Assembly (NCBI GenBank): GCA_011109175.1
Contig: RDEW01000003.1
Coordinates: 1,348,133-1,412,132 of the forward strand
Length of the DNA stretch: 64,000 nucleotides
Origin: Dicyema japonicum
Lineage: Eukaryota; Animalia; Dicyemida
Reading direction: 5' to 3'
A program made the position numbers and the translations under genes. The notes below the pieces were generated by a model. That model did not search any database. It saw only the letters and a program-made list of their open reading frames with translations, and was not told the origin of the DNA. Every line of letters starts with the position of its first letter. The first letter of the stretch is position 1. Positions 26,001 through 38,699 of this stretch are shown piece by piece.

Positions 26001-26401
26001 AACTTGATTTTATTCATAAAAACCAATATTATTTGGTTTTCCAAACGCACCTATTCCAAATGATCAAATTCGTTAAAATAATTCATATGAAAATTGGTAT
26101 CACCAGGAATTCTATAAAGAAAATTTGGTATTACCAGAAATTTTTTGAAGTCCACAAACCGTAATTATAACAGCCTTTTCATGAGAGCCATAATATTTAT
26201 AATTCCGCATAGGCAGGACACACTTTATTTAAGTAAAAAAGTTAATTTTACTAATCGTAGAACCAAAAAATGATTTTCACTTTTTTTTTTCTTGTTTGTG
26301 GGTCCTTCTAGACAATCCAGTTCCTCAGTGAGTTTCCACTGATGACGGCGTCGCTCGTCAAGCTTCTTCAGCATCGTAGATTCGTTGAATTTTTTACCAG
26401 G

Positions 26402-26474
26402 TGAACATCAGCGAGATTCGAACCCTTAACCAAAGCCACATTAGCCCGACACTTAACCACTATGCCATCCGGAT
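26402..26474 (-). pseudogene. tRNA-derived relic (tRNA pseudogene or SINE head)
   Basis: Minus strand TGGCATAGTGGTTAAG (A box) and GGTTCGAATC (B box) at tRNA-like spacing; the acceptor and anticodon stems do not pair. Confidence 0.55.
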
Positions 26475-26789
26475 ACAAACCCTCCATATTCAAAAAACCA
26501 ATCAAAATATTCAGTAGTAATTTTATACTCTTTGATAATGAAAAATGTAACCAGCAAAGGTAAGTATGTGACTTTCCGTGTTCAAAGTCTTCCACATGAA
26601 TCATCCAAACATTCTTAGCTATATTTTAAAAATACAGCAAATAAATTGTTTTTAGTGTGCTTATATAATAGTGGCTGAGCATTTCAAAAAATCAAAATCA
26701 CAAGATCAGTCCATACATAATTGACGATCAGTCCAACAAAATGAATTAACATTTTACATGAAAACAGGTCAAACTCACCATTTAACAGT

Positions 26790-27370
26790 CTCCCGACAAT
26801 AGTTAAAGTATGCTAATCTGTAAATTAGGTCATAAATTTCTACAATATGATCTTCCTTAATACATGTAAACTGATTTGAGTCCACATCGAGCTTGATTCG
26901 TCACAGTCCCCTTTCCTCTACATCCTTTCAAATATGGATAACCAAGACCACAATGTCAGAGGGAATCTTGTTTCAGAATTACCAAGACTTTCTTCGATGG
27001 TCCTTCGAAGAATTGAACTTTCTTGGTTCAATCACCCCTACATTTAATGAACAGTCAGAAGGGAACCGTTTGTGTATAATTCCGTCAATTTGGGCATTTT
27101 TCAACCCATGATTCGATGATTGATATCCAGAAATTGTTTAATAATACGTCTCCCAACAACCATACAAGAGGAATGCCTATTCTTGGAAAATTATAAAACT
27201 TTTGCAATTCTGAATGAATAATTCTCTGTATTTACAAAAATCGAGGATTATCTTTTAAACAGGCTAAATGATTCAAGAGTGTCCCACAAATTTCACCCAA
27301 CTTAATCTTAGCAAATCGTCTCCATAAGCAAAACGCGGGGTAAATTTTCTTAAGTTTTCAATTCAAGTTG
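26790..27370 (-). pseudogene. Possible CHD1 DNA-binding (SANT/SLIDE) domain relic
   Basis: Broken frames read LRKFTPRFAYGDDLLRL, IHKRFPSD, GL*RIKLDVD and DLIYRLAYF, in the same order as CHD1 IRRFIKSYKKFG..LERL, LHKSIPSD, GSWEMIKMDPD and QLQTRADYL. Weak. Confidence 0.3.
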
Positions 27371-27499
27371 AGTGGATTTGTTTAAAGGCAGAAACATCAT
27401 CAAATAGTTTTTAAATCCCATGACTTTGTCAAAATTGATTGGGTAGAAATATCAGTAATTCTCTTTTTTAGAAATGAAAATTGAGTATAAATTGAAAAT

Positions 27500-29930
27500 A
27501 TTTTTAATTCTATTTAACTTATTAAGCAGAAAATGTTAACAAAATCTGAAAATAGTATTAATTAATTATAACGAGCATTATAATTATATGAAGTATATTT
27601 CTAAAATAATACTAATTATACATCATATAATTCTATAACTTCCTGAGCTTGTTTATGTAAACGCTTCATATTTGAAAGTAAGCATACCTTGACGATTTTA
27701 TTACGGACTTTTTTAGAGATCATCATTGGCACATATTTGTTTGCTATATCATTAAAAAATATTACGTGATTCTTTAATCATCCTATAGCAAATCCGCATT
27801 GCTCTAAACCATAATCTTTGGTCAAATTGTTCATTAAAAAGTTCTACTAGGTTATCAATCGATCTTTATTAAATTGATATAATACCGATGATATTCGCAA
27901 TAATCGATAAACTTGATTCCATCCTGTTAACTTATAAATTATTATAAGAATCTCCTCAGACAAACTTGAATCCTAGGAAGCTTCAATCGAATCGATCATT
28001 AAGTTGCACAAAGTATTGCATATGGTATCATAGACAATTGAGCAATAAATATGTTTGCAGTATTCCCTGTAAAATAACTCAAAATATACATTAAATAATG
28101 AACCAGCCTACTGTTCCAATCAAGATGTCGAATTTTCTTAAATTTTGTTAGATTTTCAATAACATTAAAAACTGGATATAAAATGTATTTATTTTAACAT
28201 ATTCTCGAAAAAAATCTAGAATTAAATTAATCCCTCCCAACTCTACAAACAATAATATTTTTAAGGTTATCATCTATCACAAAATTAAAATAATTTTACC
28301 AAGAAGATACCAAATAAATGTCCAAGAAATATTACAAAATGTATTATTTATCAAATCCTATTCTTATCAATGTAATCAACTATTAACTGAATTTAAATTC
28401 ACAATTACCTTGAGAGTGCCATAAAATCCCAAATAGGACATTACTTTTATTTAAATCCTCGATCGGAATATATATGGTATTAAGTGGATTTTCATAAATA
28501 ATAAACGTATGAACAGGTTTATGATTGTCTGAATAAACAATGAAATCGACAGAAACTTTAATTAGTTAGTTAAAATACATAATTTGATAAGTTCCATGGT
28601 TGTATATAGTACATCAAAAAAGCTAAATCATTCATGAACTGGAAATTATAAAATCGTGACAACCTCAGTATCTCTGCAATTATTTTTTAGAATAATTAAT
28701 ATCGTTTCATAAAAAGCCTAAATTACATAAACACCAACCATCTATATGATTTAGAAATGATTTTATTTTCGAATTTAATTATCAGACAATGCCTATAAAT
28801 ATACAAACACAATTACATAATTGTTTTAATAACGTTGTGATTTTTTGATGTTCTCAACAACCGGCAAATAAACTTAAATATACTTACCAATATACTCTCA
28901 AAAATCGTTTATAAAGTGAAGATCAAATTTCAGAATCACATTCACAAATATTATTTAGTGTATAACAAATAAACTCATCTTTATGCTGGAAATTAAATAT
29001 AGCATTGACAAAATTATGCATCATGAAATTTGAGTCAATCTATAATAAATCATAATATATGACTTTGTTATTATTTTTGAAAAATTGCGAAATTTTATCA
29101 TAACTAAACTGCTGAATTCCTCTTTTGAACAGTTCTCTAAATCAGAAATAAAATACATTTAATAATTCATAATTAATTGAGAATCCTGACAAATCAAAGA
29201 ATTCTAAATTCTTGGCTATATTAACAAAGGTATGAAATCACAGTTTAATTCGTGGACATTTTTGCTGTTTGTATACGAAAAGTATCTCAATATAACAAAC
29301 GAAAAACTTTAAAGATTCTGGACTGTTCAGACATATGGAAAAATCTTCGAAGTTGGAAATCATAATATTGTCAAAATTAATTTTTTCGAGTTCTTTGATC
29401 AGTTTGATTGTATCGCAATATATTGTTATAGGATAACTTATTTTTATTGGAGAATTTGAAAAAAGTTCAAGTGATCTAATTTCACTAAATCCGCTTTCAA
29501 TTAGCAAATGTAATAAAATTGGGTCATCATAATCCAAAAGTGTGAAAGAATTGACATTATTTGGAGTAAACTGCAGTGAAGGCAAGTTATCAGAAGATAT
29601 TATCTTTGCTAATTTAATATTTATTAAATTTGGTAGAATTTGGCACAAATCTGCTAAATCTTTAATATCAATTTCATTTTTAGATAAATCGAGGCAATAA
29701 ACGTTGTAACAAACTTCACGACATTTATTGAATTTCGAGAAATCATCGAAAATTGATGATATCATTTGTGAATTGAAATAATCAAAATATTTTATCTCAT
29801 AATGTATTCTTTTAGAAATCATCATCTTTGACTTTGAATTTAATTTATTATATTTATTCAAATCAATATTTTTCGAAAATCATTTATACAAATTGAATAT
29901 AAAGAGAAAATCTGCATTTAGTTACTAAAC
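27500..29930 (-). pseudogene. Leucine-rich-repeat protein gene (5' ORF 29238-29861 open, 3' part disrupted)
   Basis: YCLDLSKNEIDIKDLADLCQILPNLINIKL and NLEFFDLSG are LRR-type repeats; inverted paralogue of 56860-59340. Confidence 0.7.
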
Positions 29931-30004
29931 ATATGAATTAATGAAATTTAAAAAAAACTTTATTATTTAACAAGCAATAAAAAAGTTAATATATTTTATA
30001 ATCA

Positions 30005-31400
30005 ACAATGTTCTTCGCCTGCCTGTTTGCCAGCCTCCTCAGGCAGGTTCAATTCTGGTTGCTAAAAACAACTCCGAGAGCGCCTTGTCCAATTGAACTT
30101 TCTGCCCACATGGCATCTTAGGGCCTGCCTCCTATACTTAGTGTCAGGCTATCTAGGGTCCGCTTTAACACAGTGGACTGTAGATAGGCCTAGAGCTTGC
30201 TATCTAACCTCACTGCTTCAGATATCCCTTGTGATATTTTGTTGCAATTCCTTTTCACGTCATTACTATAGGAATAACGAGGACCTTGACCCAAACATCT
30301 GCCCATCTCGTTCGCAAGAAAGTTATACTTTTTTTTCTCTACCTCCACAGTCTGCAAACGGTCTTGAGACGTGATGCCAACATCTATGAAAATGACTTGG
30401 TCAGACTCCTTATCGTGTACCACAATGTCCGGTTTACCAAGGTACGGATAAAACTGTCTACCTTAATTTGGACCCTGGTGTTCTCTATTACAGATTGCAT
30501 TTTATGAGTCCGCAACTTCCTGGTGTGGCGAATACCATACTTATTGCATAGTAGAAGATGAAAACTCTTTCATGAATATAGATTTTCCTCTTATACACAT
30601 TACTGACCCTCTAACTCCACCTTTCCCCTCCTCAACTCTTTGAGGTCCCATTTGGGAACACGGAGTTTACTAATTAGCCTCTTTACTATAGGCGGTGCAT
30701 TTCCTCTAACCCCTTTCGCTACACTACTTATGTGCCCCTCCAGTGCATCCAGCTCAGTCTGTCTCCAGGTAATCTTGGCACAGATCTGCTCCTCCATTTA
30801 CTGGGTGGTCTGGGCTTGTTTGTCAATTCCTCATAGCTGATCTGTGCTGCATACAGCACTAGATAGATGTCACCCAGTGACCCTACTGACTAGCCTCCAC
30901 CGCACAAGCCACAGCCTTATTGATACAGGTAAACACTACAACGTTAACCTTACAATGAGGGATCTTGCAAGTAAATTTACGGTTCTCAAGTAGGACATCT
31001 CCCGCTGAAGCGAGATTCCGTGCAAAGACCTCATGAACATGCTTGAGCTGTAATGTATCACAGCTCTGGTGCTCGTGCTCTCTTCGACAGTTGTGTTCAC
31101 CTGGTCCCCGATTCTTTAGACCAGTACTCTCTTTACCTACAGCCATTTTCATGAGTTCACTCACAGATATAGCAGTACTGAATCTGCAACTGCAGAGCTC
31201 AGCCATGTATGGCCAACCATTCCAGGGCATTCGAGATAGCCTGCTACGTACCTGCAGGACTATCTGCCTCGCCCGTCCTTTTGGGACATCTGCCACAACG
31301 CTCTCGGATATGGCAAGAATCACATTCATACCATCAGGTAACGCAAGTGACACTTCTCCTTTTTTACTTTCAAAATTTTTGCCAACTCAATAATGTTTTA
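30005..31400 (-). mobile_element. R4/Dong-like non-LTR retrotransposon with RLE endonuclease and no RT domain
   Basis: N-terminal-type region (KPRPPSKW..QICAKITWRQ) joined directly to GKPDIVVHDKESDQVIFIDVGITSQDRLQTVEVEKKK.YNFLANEMG...IPIVMT*KGIATKYHK...AYLQSTVLKRT; PD-(D/E)xK-type motif; GC-richer than its flanks. Confidence 0.75.
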
Positions 31401-31869
31401 ACGCCACCGAACAAAAGCATGTTGCATAGTTTTTTAAGGGAAAAATATTGATAAAGTTATGTAAGTTATTGATTATAATAATTCTATATAGATCAGAAAA
31501 AAGGGTATTAAAAAAATTCACCAAAAAAATGTTAGCCATTCTGTATATTTTATAAAAGAATATGAAATGATCCGCAATCTACATAAATAATCTTGTGTCG
31601 TGTACATAACGTTTGGACAATAAAATAAAACTATTTACCTATGCCAAACGAAAGATTATTTATTTGGATTTTAAAATTGAAATCATTTATTAAAAAAATT
31701 TTTTAAAGTATCGTAATATGTCGCGAGCGCAGTGCGCACATATCGTATTTTTTTAAAATTTATATATATTTCTAATCTCTCGAAGATTTATAAATTTTTT
31801 TATTAATTATTTATAATATTTGTAATTAATTTATTTATTTATACGTATAACCGTAATCAAATAACTGGA

Positions 31870-33290
31870 CCGTATTCAGGGGGTCAACGATGGAGATTTT
31901 TCACGTGAAATTTTAACCTACAGTTTTGACGATCTTAAAGATACTGAAATGAAAATAATAACGGATGAAGTCATGACTGCAATCATGAAATGCAAGGCTA
32001 ACGCTCCAGGACTTGACCATCTAAGCATGAGATTGTTCAAGGAAGCCCCAGAGGCTCTATTTCCCATACTGAAGAATTAATTCAATCAAGCATTCATCAT
32101 AGTCATGTCCAAAAGCTGGAAATCTTCCATTGTCAGAATGATACTGAAACCGGGAAAATCGAGGAAGGACCCTCTCAGCTATAGGCCAATAAGCCTCATC
32201 TGTTTGAACTCAAAGATGATCGAACGAATTATTTCATAAGGCTTAACGACCACATAGAAAAGAGTGGTTTTCTCCTATCAGAAGAATGGGCTTCAAACAT
32301 GGAAAATCATGCACGGACTGTATCTACCAAATCCATTCAACGGAATTGAAAGGTCTGGAAGTCAAAAGACTAGTCAAGCTGGTATGTTTGGATCTGTCCA
32401 AAGATTTCGATAGTGTGTGGTATGAAGCACTTCTATCAAGGCTAGCAGTTGCTCAATACAATAGAAACTTCTCATATGGAAAGGGATTTCCTAACAGGAC
32501 GGATTTCCCAAGTACGTGTTGGAGCACATATGTCGAAAGACATCATACTGAAGAGGGGAGTTCCTCAGGGTTCCGTCCTGAGCCCTCTGCTATTCAACAT
32601 ATTCCTATCAGATTTTCCAACTCAACTGGATATAAACACAAGACTAATGATATTCGCTGATAATATTCTGATCACAAATACATCTGGGAAAATCAACTCT
32701 TTCGGAAAAAAGATCATGTCATTCATTGGACAAGTTCAGGACTAATGCACAAAAAGTGGGATTAGATTGTCTACGGAGAAATCCAGCTCTTTACGAGTAA
32801 GTCGCCTAAGGAAGCATCAGAACCAACATTACTCATTAGAGATTCCTAATGTAAACTCAATGCGCTATCCTGGGATAGCAATCGATGGGAATGGTTCCTT
32901 TATGGTGGACATAAGACGGAGAAGGAAGAAGGCGCTTCAAGCACTCTTATGCACGAGAAAGTTGTTTGTAAGCCTGGAAATTTTCTTGTTCATCTTCATG
33001 AGGCTCATTCTACCGGAACTGCTATATGGATGCGAAGCATGGTTGTTCTCTTGCCAAAAAAAGAATAATGTTTCTCATGGAAAACCAGAAGGTTGGCAAT
33101 AAAGTTGGCTTTGGAAAAATGGCTCTGGGATGCTCTCAGTCCTGAAAGAAACATGATTCTAACACCTGTTAAAAACATCGTAAAGAAAAGAATCAATGGG
33201 ATCCGACAATAGAAGATAACTAAATGGAGTGTGGATACATCGAAGTGTACAGGCCGCATAGGCGGACACGTTTAAATATCCTAAAAATAA
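31870..33290 (+). mobile_element. 5'-truncated APE-type LINE, RT domain, frameshifted
   Basis: APGLD, WKSSIVRMILKPGK...SYRPISL, CLDLSKDFDSVW, GVPQGSVLSPLLFNIF, IFADNILI, LILPELLYGCEAW. Confidence 0.9.
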
Positions 33291-33329
33291 CTCCTTACTT
33301 ACTTACTCTGGAATAAATTTTGTTTTCGG

Positions 33330-34610
33330 TTTTTTTTCCTCATGTTTTGTCTAGTTCAATGAATGATCCTAAATGCTACATTAAAGACGACTCTGCTTAT
33401 AACCAAATTAAAAATATTCTTGAAGGTATATTGATATATATAAAGAAGGCAAAGAGCTTAATGACATTGATCGCTTTAAAAAACAAAGACTCAGCAAAAA
33501 AGTATAATTATTTATACTACTCGATGGATCTTTATGAATTAGACTGAGTGCATTCTCGAAGCAGTATACTGGTATAATTTATCAGTGCATTCGTTAACTG
33601 GTATTTTAAATTATATAAAAGTAAAGATGAAACACTTTTTTGGAGACATCGAGGAATTCCTGTTTTTAACACAAGGGTACCTTCACAGATAGTCCAATGT
33701 GTTGAAGATTAAACTATTATTCATCCAATTTTAATGTGGAAGACAGTTTTCAATCATCTATTGTTTTAAAATTTTCATTTAATTATAGATAAATTTAATT
33801 TTCATCCTGTGAATAAAGATGGTGGATATTATCGAAGAATGGATAAAAAGATTTTTGTGCATCACTTTGAGGCACCATCACTTATAGTGACATAATGATC
33901 ATGCTACTGTTGATGGAATAAAGAAGGCAAGTTTCGACGTGCTTGGGGAAAAAAAAGAAAAAATAATCCATGACATCAACTTTTATAGTTTATCATTAAA
34001 ATCTATCTGTCAGAAGTTAAAGAGTCAAAAACATATTTGAAGAAATGAAATAAAAACTTACTAACAAACCAAATCTTACTTTTATCTGGAAAAGCAGAAA
34101 AGTGACAAATTGGTCATACACCGTCCATTCTGAATGCGTTGCTATTCCCTTTCAGGATGGATAGAGCGAATGCTAGCATCCAAAACAGGTCACAAGTTGT
34201 CATAATAATTTTTCTTTTGTGTTTAGATTTGCTTAGAAATTAAAAATCAGAAAAAGAATAGGTTTCCTTTCACCCTGATTACTCTTCTGATGAAAATGTG
34301 CAAATTAAAAATCAGAAAAAGGGTTTTTTAATAGGTCTCCTTTCACCCTGATCACTCTTCTGATGAAGATTACATTATGAAAACTATTCCGCTATAGAAT
34401 AAAGTGATATCCGCACCGGTAGGACGTAGGACAAAAATAAAAAAGGGCGGACCTACTTCTCCACTTCTCTTCCAAAGCGGCAGCCTGTAATGAAGTATTG
34501 GAAGACTGATTTGGTCGACACATTCAGATGTTTTCCCTTTAGTTCCTTCCTTTGATTAGTTAGTTATGACTGTTTGTGCTGGGTTTACCATTGTAATCTT
34601 GGTGTTGAAA
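33330..34610 (+). pseudogene. Degenerate gene relic containing the core module and the DEDYI.KT module (possible Vps10/sortilin-like)
   Basis: Contains FNFHPVNKDG, a diverged copy of 18470-19000, and SDEDYIMKTIPL...GRTYFSTS...CLCWVYHC; multiple stops. Confidence 0.3.
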
Positions 34611-36209
34611 ATAATTTGTCTAAATATATTTATTAATTCTTAATTATATTAATTTACTTCATCGTTTATAATGACAAGTTAATGCTAAAAGTGAAGATTA
34701 TGAGTTCACAATGTGGATTGCGAGATCAACGATAAAGTTTCAGCAATTATGAGTGATTTAATATTCGTGAGCTATTATGAGGATAGAAGAGTATGAAAGA
34801 TTTGACTTTAGATTAACAATGATTTGTCACTATATATAAAATTTCTCTCATTCATGAATGTACTTAAATAACTTTTATTTTAGCAATAATTTTAAATGAA
34901 TGGGTTAACGTGACTCATAAAATTAGCGATTATTGTCAATGCAGAGTATTCGGCTTACTGCATACGGAGAGATTCGTCGTAACAACGTGGAACTTCATAT
35001 TTCAACTTTTAAGAAACGACGCAAATTTTTTTGGAAAATGTTTATTTTATCTAATTTCAGACAGTGAATTTGCGTGTTAACATTTAAAATCCGCATATAT
35101 AGTAATGAACAAATCTTATAAATATTTGATACGATTCCTTCCATTTATCGCTAAATTTGTAGTATGTATTTGGTGGTAACATGCATTAAATACAAATTTA
35201 GAGAAGATAATTCAGATGAGAATATAATTTTTCATAGTTTTGTAGATTTTTTCAATTTTTACTAATCCACTTTTTTGAGTTAATTCAATTTATTAAAATT
35301 AAGCAGTTAAAACAGCACTTAATCAAAGGAAATTGAATCGGCAGGCTGTTTCTTTGAAAATAGCTATCGAGACGTTTTTGAACCTTTACAGTCTCTTGTG
35401 GTTCTTCGGTGATGAACCGTCTCCTTGTGGGCCAAGGATTTCTGACGTCTCAGCATTAAATTGGACAAACAAATGATCTTACAAAATGATTCAGTACTTC
35501 CTTCTCTTATGACCCTCGAACTGGTTAAAAGTATGACCTATGCAAGAGACTGAAGTACCAAACATTTCTGAGAGTATTTACAACTTCTTAAAAAGAATTG
35601 CAAGGCATCTTAATTTTTATGATAAAAACGAATATCCTATTAATTTTTTATGATAAATTATGTGACTAACTAAAAGCTATAGCATTTCCAATCATTCAAA
35701 ATTGAATAGTGCCAAAATAGAGTGCTTCCAAAGGCATACAAGTCCATTCAAAACTTGCATAAAAGGCAAAATACGCCCAGTTCTGAAAACCCACCGGCGG
35801 AGTTGAGAATGATCCTTTTTAATCCTACCCTGGATTGAGCCCTACCTGAGATTGGAAACGTCACTAAACTAGAAGAGGGAAAAGAAGTACAAAAGAAACA
35901 AACAGAAATATTCTATCAAGTAGGCACTATGCGGCTTCGCTTATAAGGTTTAATTCTTAATTTTGCGAATTCCCACAAGAATTTTTTGTTTGTTACATTA
36001 AACAATGTTTAATTTAATTTAAAAAATAAAATAAATAACGTACTATATTCTGGTTATTTAGTTGATCTTGTGACATTCTGTGGTTCTTAAAAAAGTATGT
36101 CCTTTTCACGTGTTTCGGTTGACATTTTCACATTCAATGCTCGAAAGTTAAAGAAAAGCTGAAATTGGAATATTTGGTAAACGATTTATCATATATAGGT
36201 TCAGTATAC

Positions 36210-36830
36210 ATGAGAGGAGTTGAGAAATACAGAGTTTAGGCTGTCTACGCTTCCACGATGGCGAGGGTGTCCACAGACACCAATGAACATGATTTGTTTT
36301 ACATGTTACTAGCGAATACGGTCTATGATTTTAAAGTATCGTGTATGACTTTCCTATGTGGAGATGGAATGCAAATGTGGGTCATTGCTCTTGGTGAAAG
36401 TCCTTTATGGGCAGATATGCTAAGGGGAGAAGGAATATGTAAGAAATGTCGCTTTTACATTTCTGTAATGTGTTAGATTACTTTATTTGTAATTCGGTAT
36501 GTGGGACATAGGACTACTTGGAATGGACTCAGAATAGATGGGAATGGAGATCACTTTCACACTGAAACCAGTTAGACAATGTACTATGCAATATCTGTAA
36601 CAGACTTTCACACTTATGTTGCAAGATGACTAAGAGACTCCGCAGTTGTGAAAAGATATTTCTGCATTGATTGAGGTAGAAAGAAGAGAGGATACATGGA
36701 AATTATTGTATGGCGATTAAGAAGAGATTACGGACAAAATATGGAATAGGGGGAGAAAGAAATCGTATGTCAAAAGATGTCAAGAAAATACTAGATATGG
36801 AACGTTATGCAACGTAAGGGGTTAATATAT
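36210..36830 (+). mobile_element. RTE-type APE endonuclease relic
   Basis: WNANVG...MGRYAKGRRN...LLHFC..LDYFICNS...HRTTWNG...QLDNVLC. Confidence 0.75.
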
Positions 36831-37779
36831 GGATATTTAAATTTAGGATAGTGAAGAAATGTAATGGATATTAAAGAAAAACATTATTGACCAAAATTTT
36901 AAGGAATTTTGAATGATACTTAATAAATGGAACCATTCAGGAAATTACCGAGAATGTTGAGCCTACCTATTTCTACAAAGGAAACTAACTTGTCTATCAA
37001 TATGTTAAACAACCACAGTGCAGGTAGAGCAGACAACATCATGGATAAATGATCAAGTCTGCACCAGCAGAATTGACAACTTCTATTTACAAATATTTTC
37101 AAGATCCATTTTCCTATGAAACTCAATGATTATTACTAGAACTTGTCTATCAATATGTTAAACAACTACTGTGCAGCTAGAGCAGACAACATCATGGAGA
37201 AATGATCAAGTATGCACCAGGAGAATTGACAACTTCTATTTACAAATATTTTCAAGATTCATTTTCCTTTGAAACTCAGTGATTATTACTAGCATCAACA
37301 TATAATCAAATATGCTATAATTGAATCATCCGATACTGTTCTCTCCCACCCTCTACTGTTGGATTCCACGTTTTGCAAACAACTGACTTCTTCACTGTTC
37401 CATAGTGTTCTGTTCAGTGGTCTCAGGACCACCATTTGGTGGAACGCCTAGAGTCACTATCTCTGTGGCTCGAAATAAGCATCTTAATGGGATTGGAATA
37501 TAACTTGTATGTGCAGACGACATAAAAGACCTACGAGCAGATACAAAGAACACGGCCCGGCAGAGACGCCTAGTGGGAAAATTGTGAAGCATGAGGCAAC
37601 AACTATAGTCTAAAAGTGCATTAATTTTTATTCATAAAATTAAGATTGCTTTGTATTTTAAAATTGTTAAAATGTATCGCTAAAAAAGCGATCAAATACT
37701 TTACTTGCAGAATCCTAGAAGCAAGATCATTGGCTATTTCTAAGCATCGTCTAAATTCCTCTAATGGTCGAGGGAAGTC

Positions 37780-38130
37780 GGCATTGATCAAAGAAAGAAA
37801 TCACCGCAAAAATCTAATTGGATCACATTAGAAACGATTCTCAGGAAATCATAAATTTCAACATCTGATTAAGATGCTCGACTTGTCCCTCCACCCATGG
37901 ACAGCTAGGACGCACCTGACGTGTTTTATACCATATGTTGAGCTTAACTCGATTATTTTTTCATTCACAAATTATTTGCCATTGTCCGTGTGCAAAATGG
38001 TAGGTTTTCCAAACATTAAAATTATGCTCTTTATTGCACTTGACACCTCAGTACCCGATCTACTATTTAGAGGTCTTGTCCAGAAGAATTTGGAAAAGGA
38101 ATCCACCCAACCTAACGCCAGCAAAAATTT
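37780..38130 (-). mobile_element. rve-family DDE integrase relic (Ginger/Gypsy-like)
   Basis: VDSFSKFFWTRPLNSRSGTEVSSAIKSIILMFGKPTILHTDNGK-EFVNE...YGIKHV...PWVEGQVEHLNQMLK. Confidence 0.85.
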
Positions 38131-38134
38131 CATA

Positions 38135-38190
38135 AGTTGTCTTGCTTTTGAACCCGTCGATCTTGACAGAGGTGATGGCAAGAGGCCGGT
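38135..38190 (+). mobile_element. Short CRE RLE fragment abutting the integrase relic
   Basis: FEPVDLDRGDGKRP, nearly identical to LEPVGLDRGDGKRPDG at about 63.5 kb. Confidence 0.7.
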
Positions 38191-38699
38191 GGTGCAGAAA
38201 CTGTGCCATAGAGCCAATGGAGGTATCTTCAACATGCACGATAACTTTCTTTTATGGAAATTTGCACAAGTATCAGTGAGCGGGGTTTCGCAGCGAGCAC
38301 TATTAGAGAAATGAAAAAGTGATGTACCAAGGCATCTTGGATCGTTCCGTTTTCCAGTTGATCCCCGTTGATTCCCTAGCACGTCTGAGCTCCGTTCGGC
38401 ATGGAATGTCAACTAGAGAAGTCTCGGAATGTGTGGTATGCAACGACGTGAACACTTCTATAAATGAATAGATTGTCGCTAGAAGAGAAGATTAGTTAGA
38501 CGGAAGTAATAAAATAATTACTTATACTTATTGTTTGATTTATAATAAATTTTTATATTTGTTATAATTAATAAAATTAAAATTAATAATAATTATAAGT
38601 TTTTTTTTAAATTTAATTATTTTGGTGATGTTGTGACGTGCCTCGATTCTTCTCTTTACAACAGTCAAGAAAAATGTATAGATAGCAGAAGATTTCAAG

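Noticed and set aside
26402-26474. Functional tRNA gene
   Set aside because: The acceptor and anticodon stems cannot pair; kept only as a relic.
31720-31745. GC-rich mini-palindrome (gcgcagtgcgc) as a Helitron 3' hairpin
   Set aside because: No CTRR terminus follows, no matching 5' TC end was found, and it is single-copy in the window.
35330-35960. Possible membrane-enzyme (TECR-like) relic on the minus strand
   Set aside because: Only a few scattered residues match and the frames are too broken to support a call.
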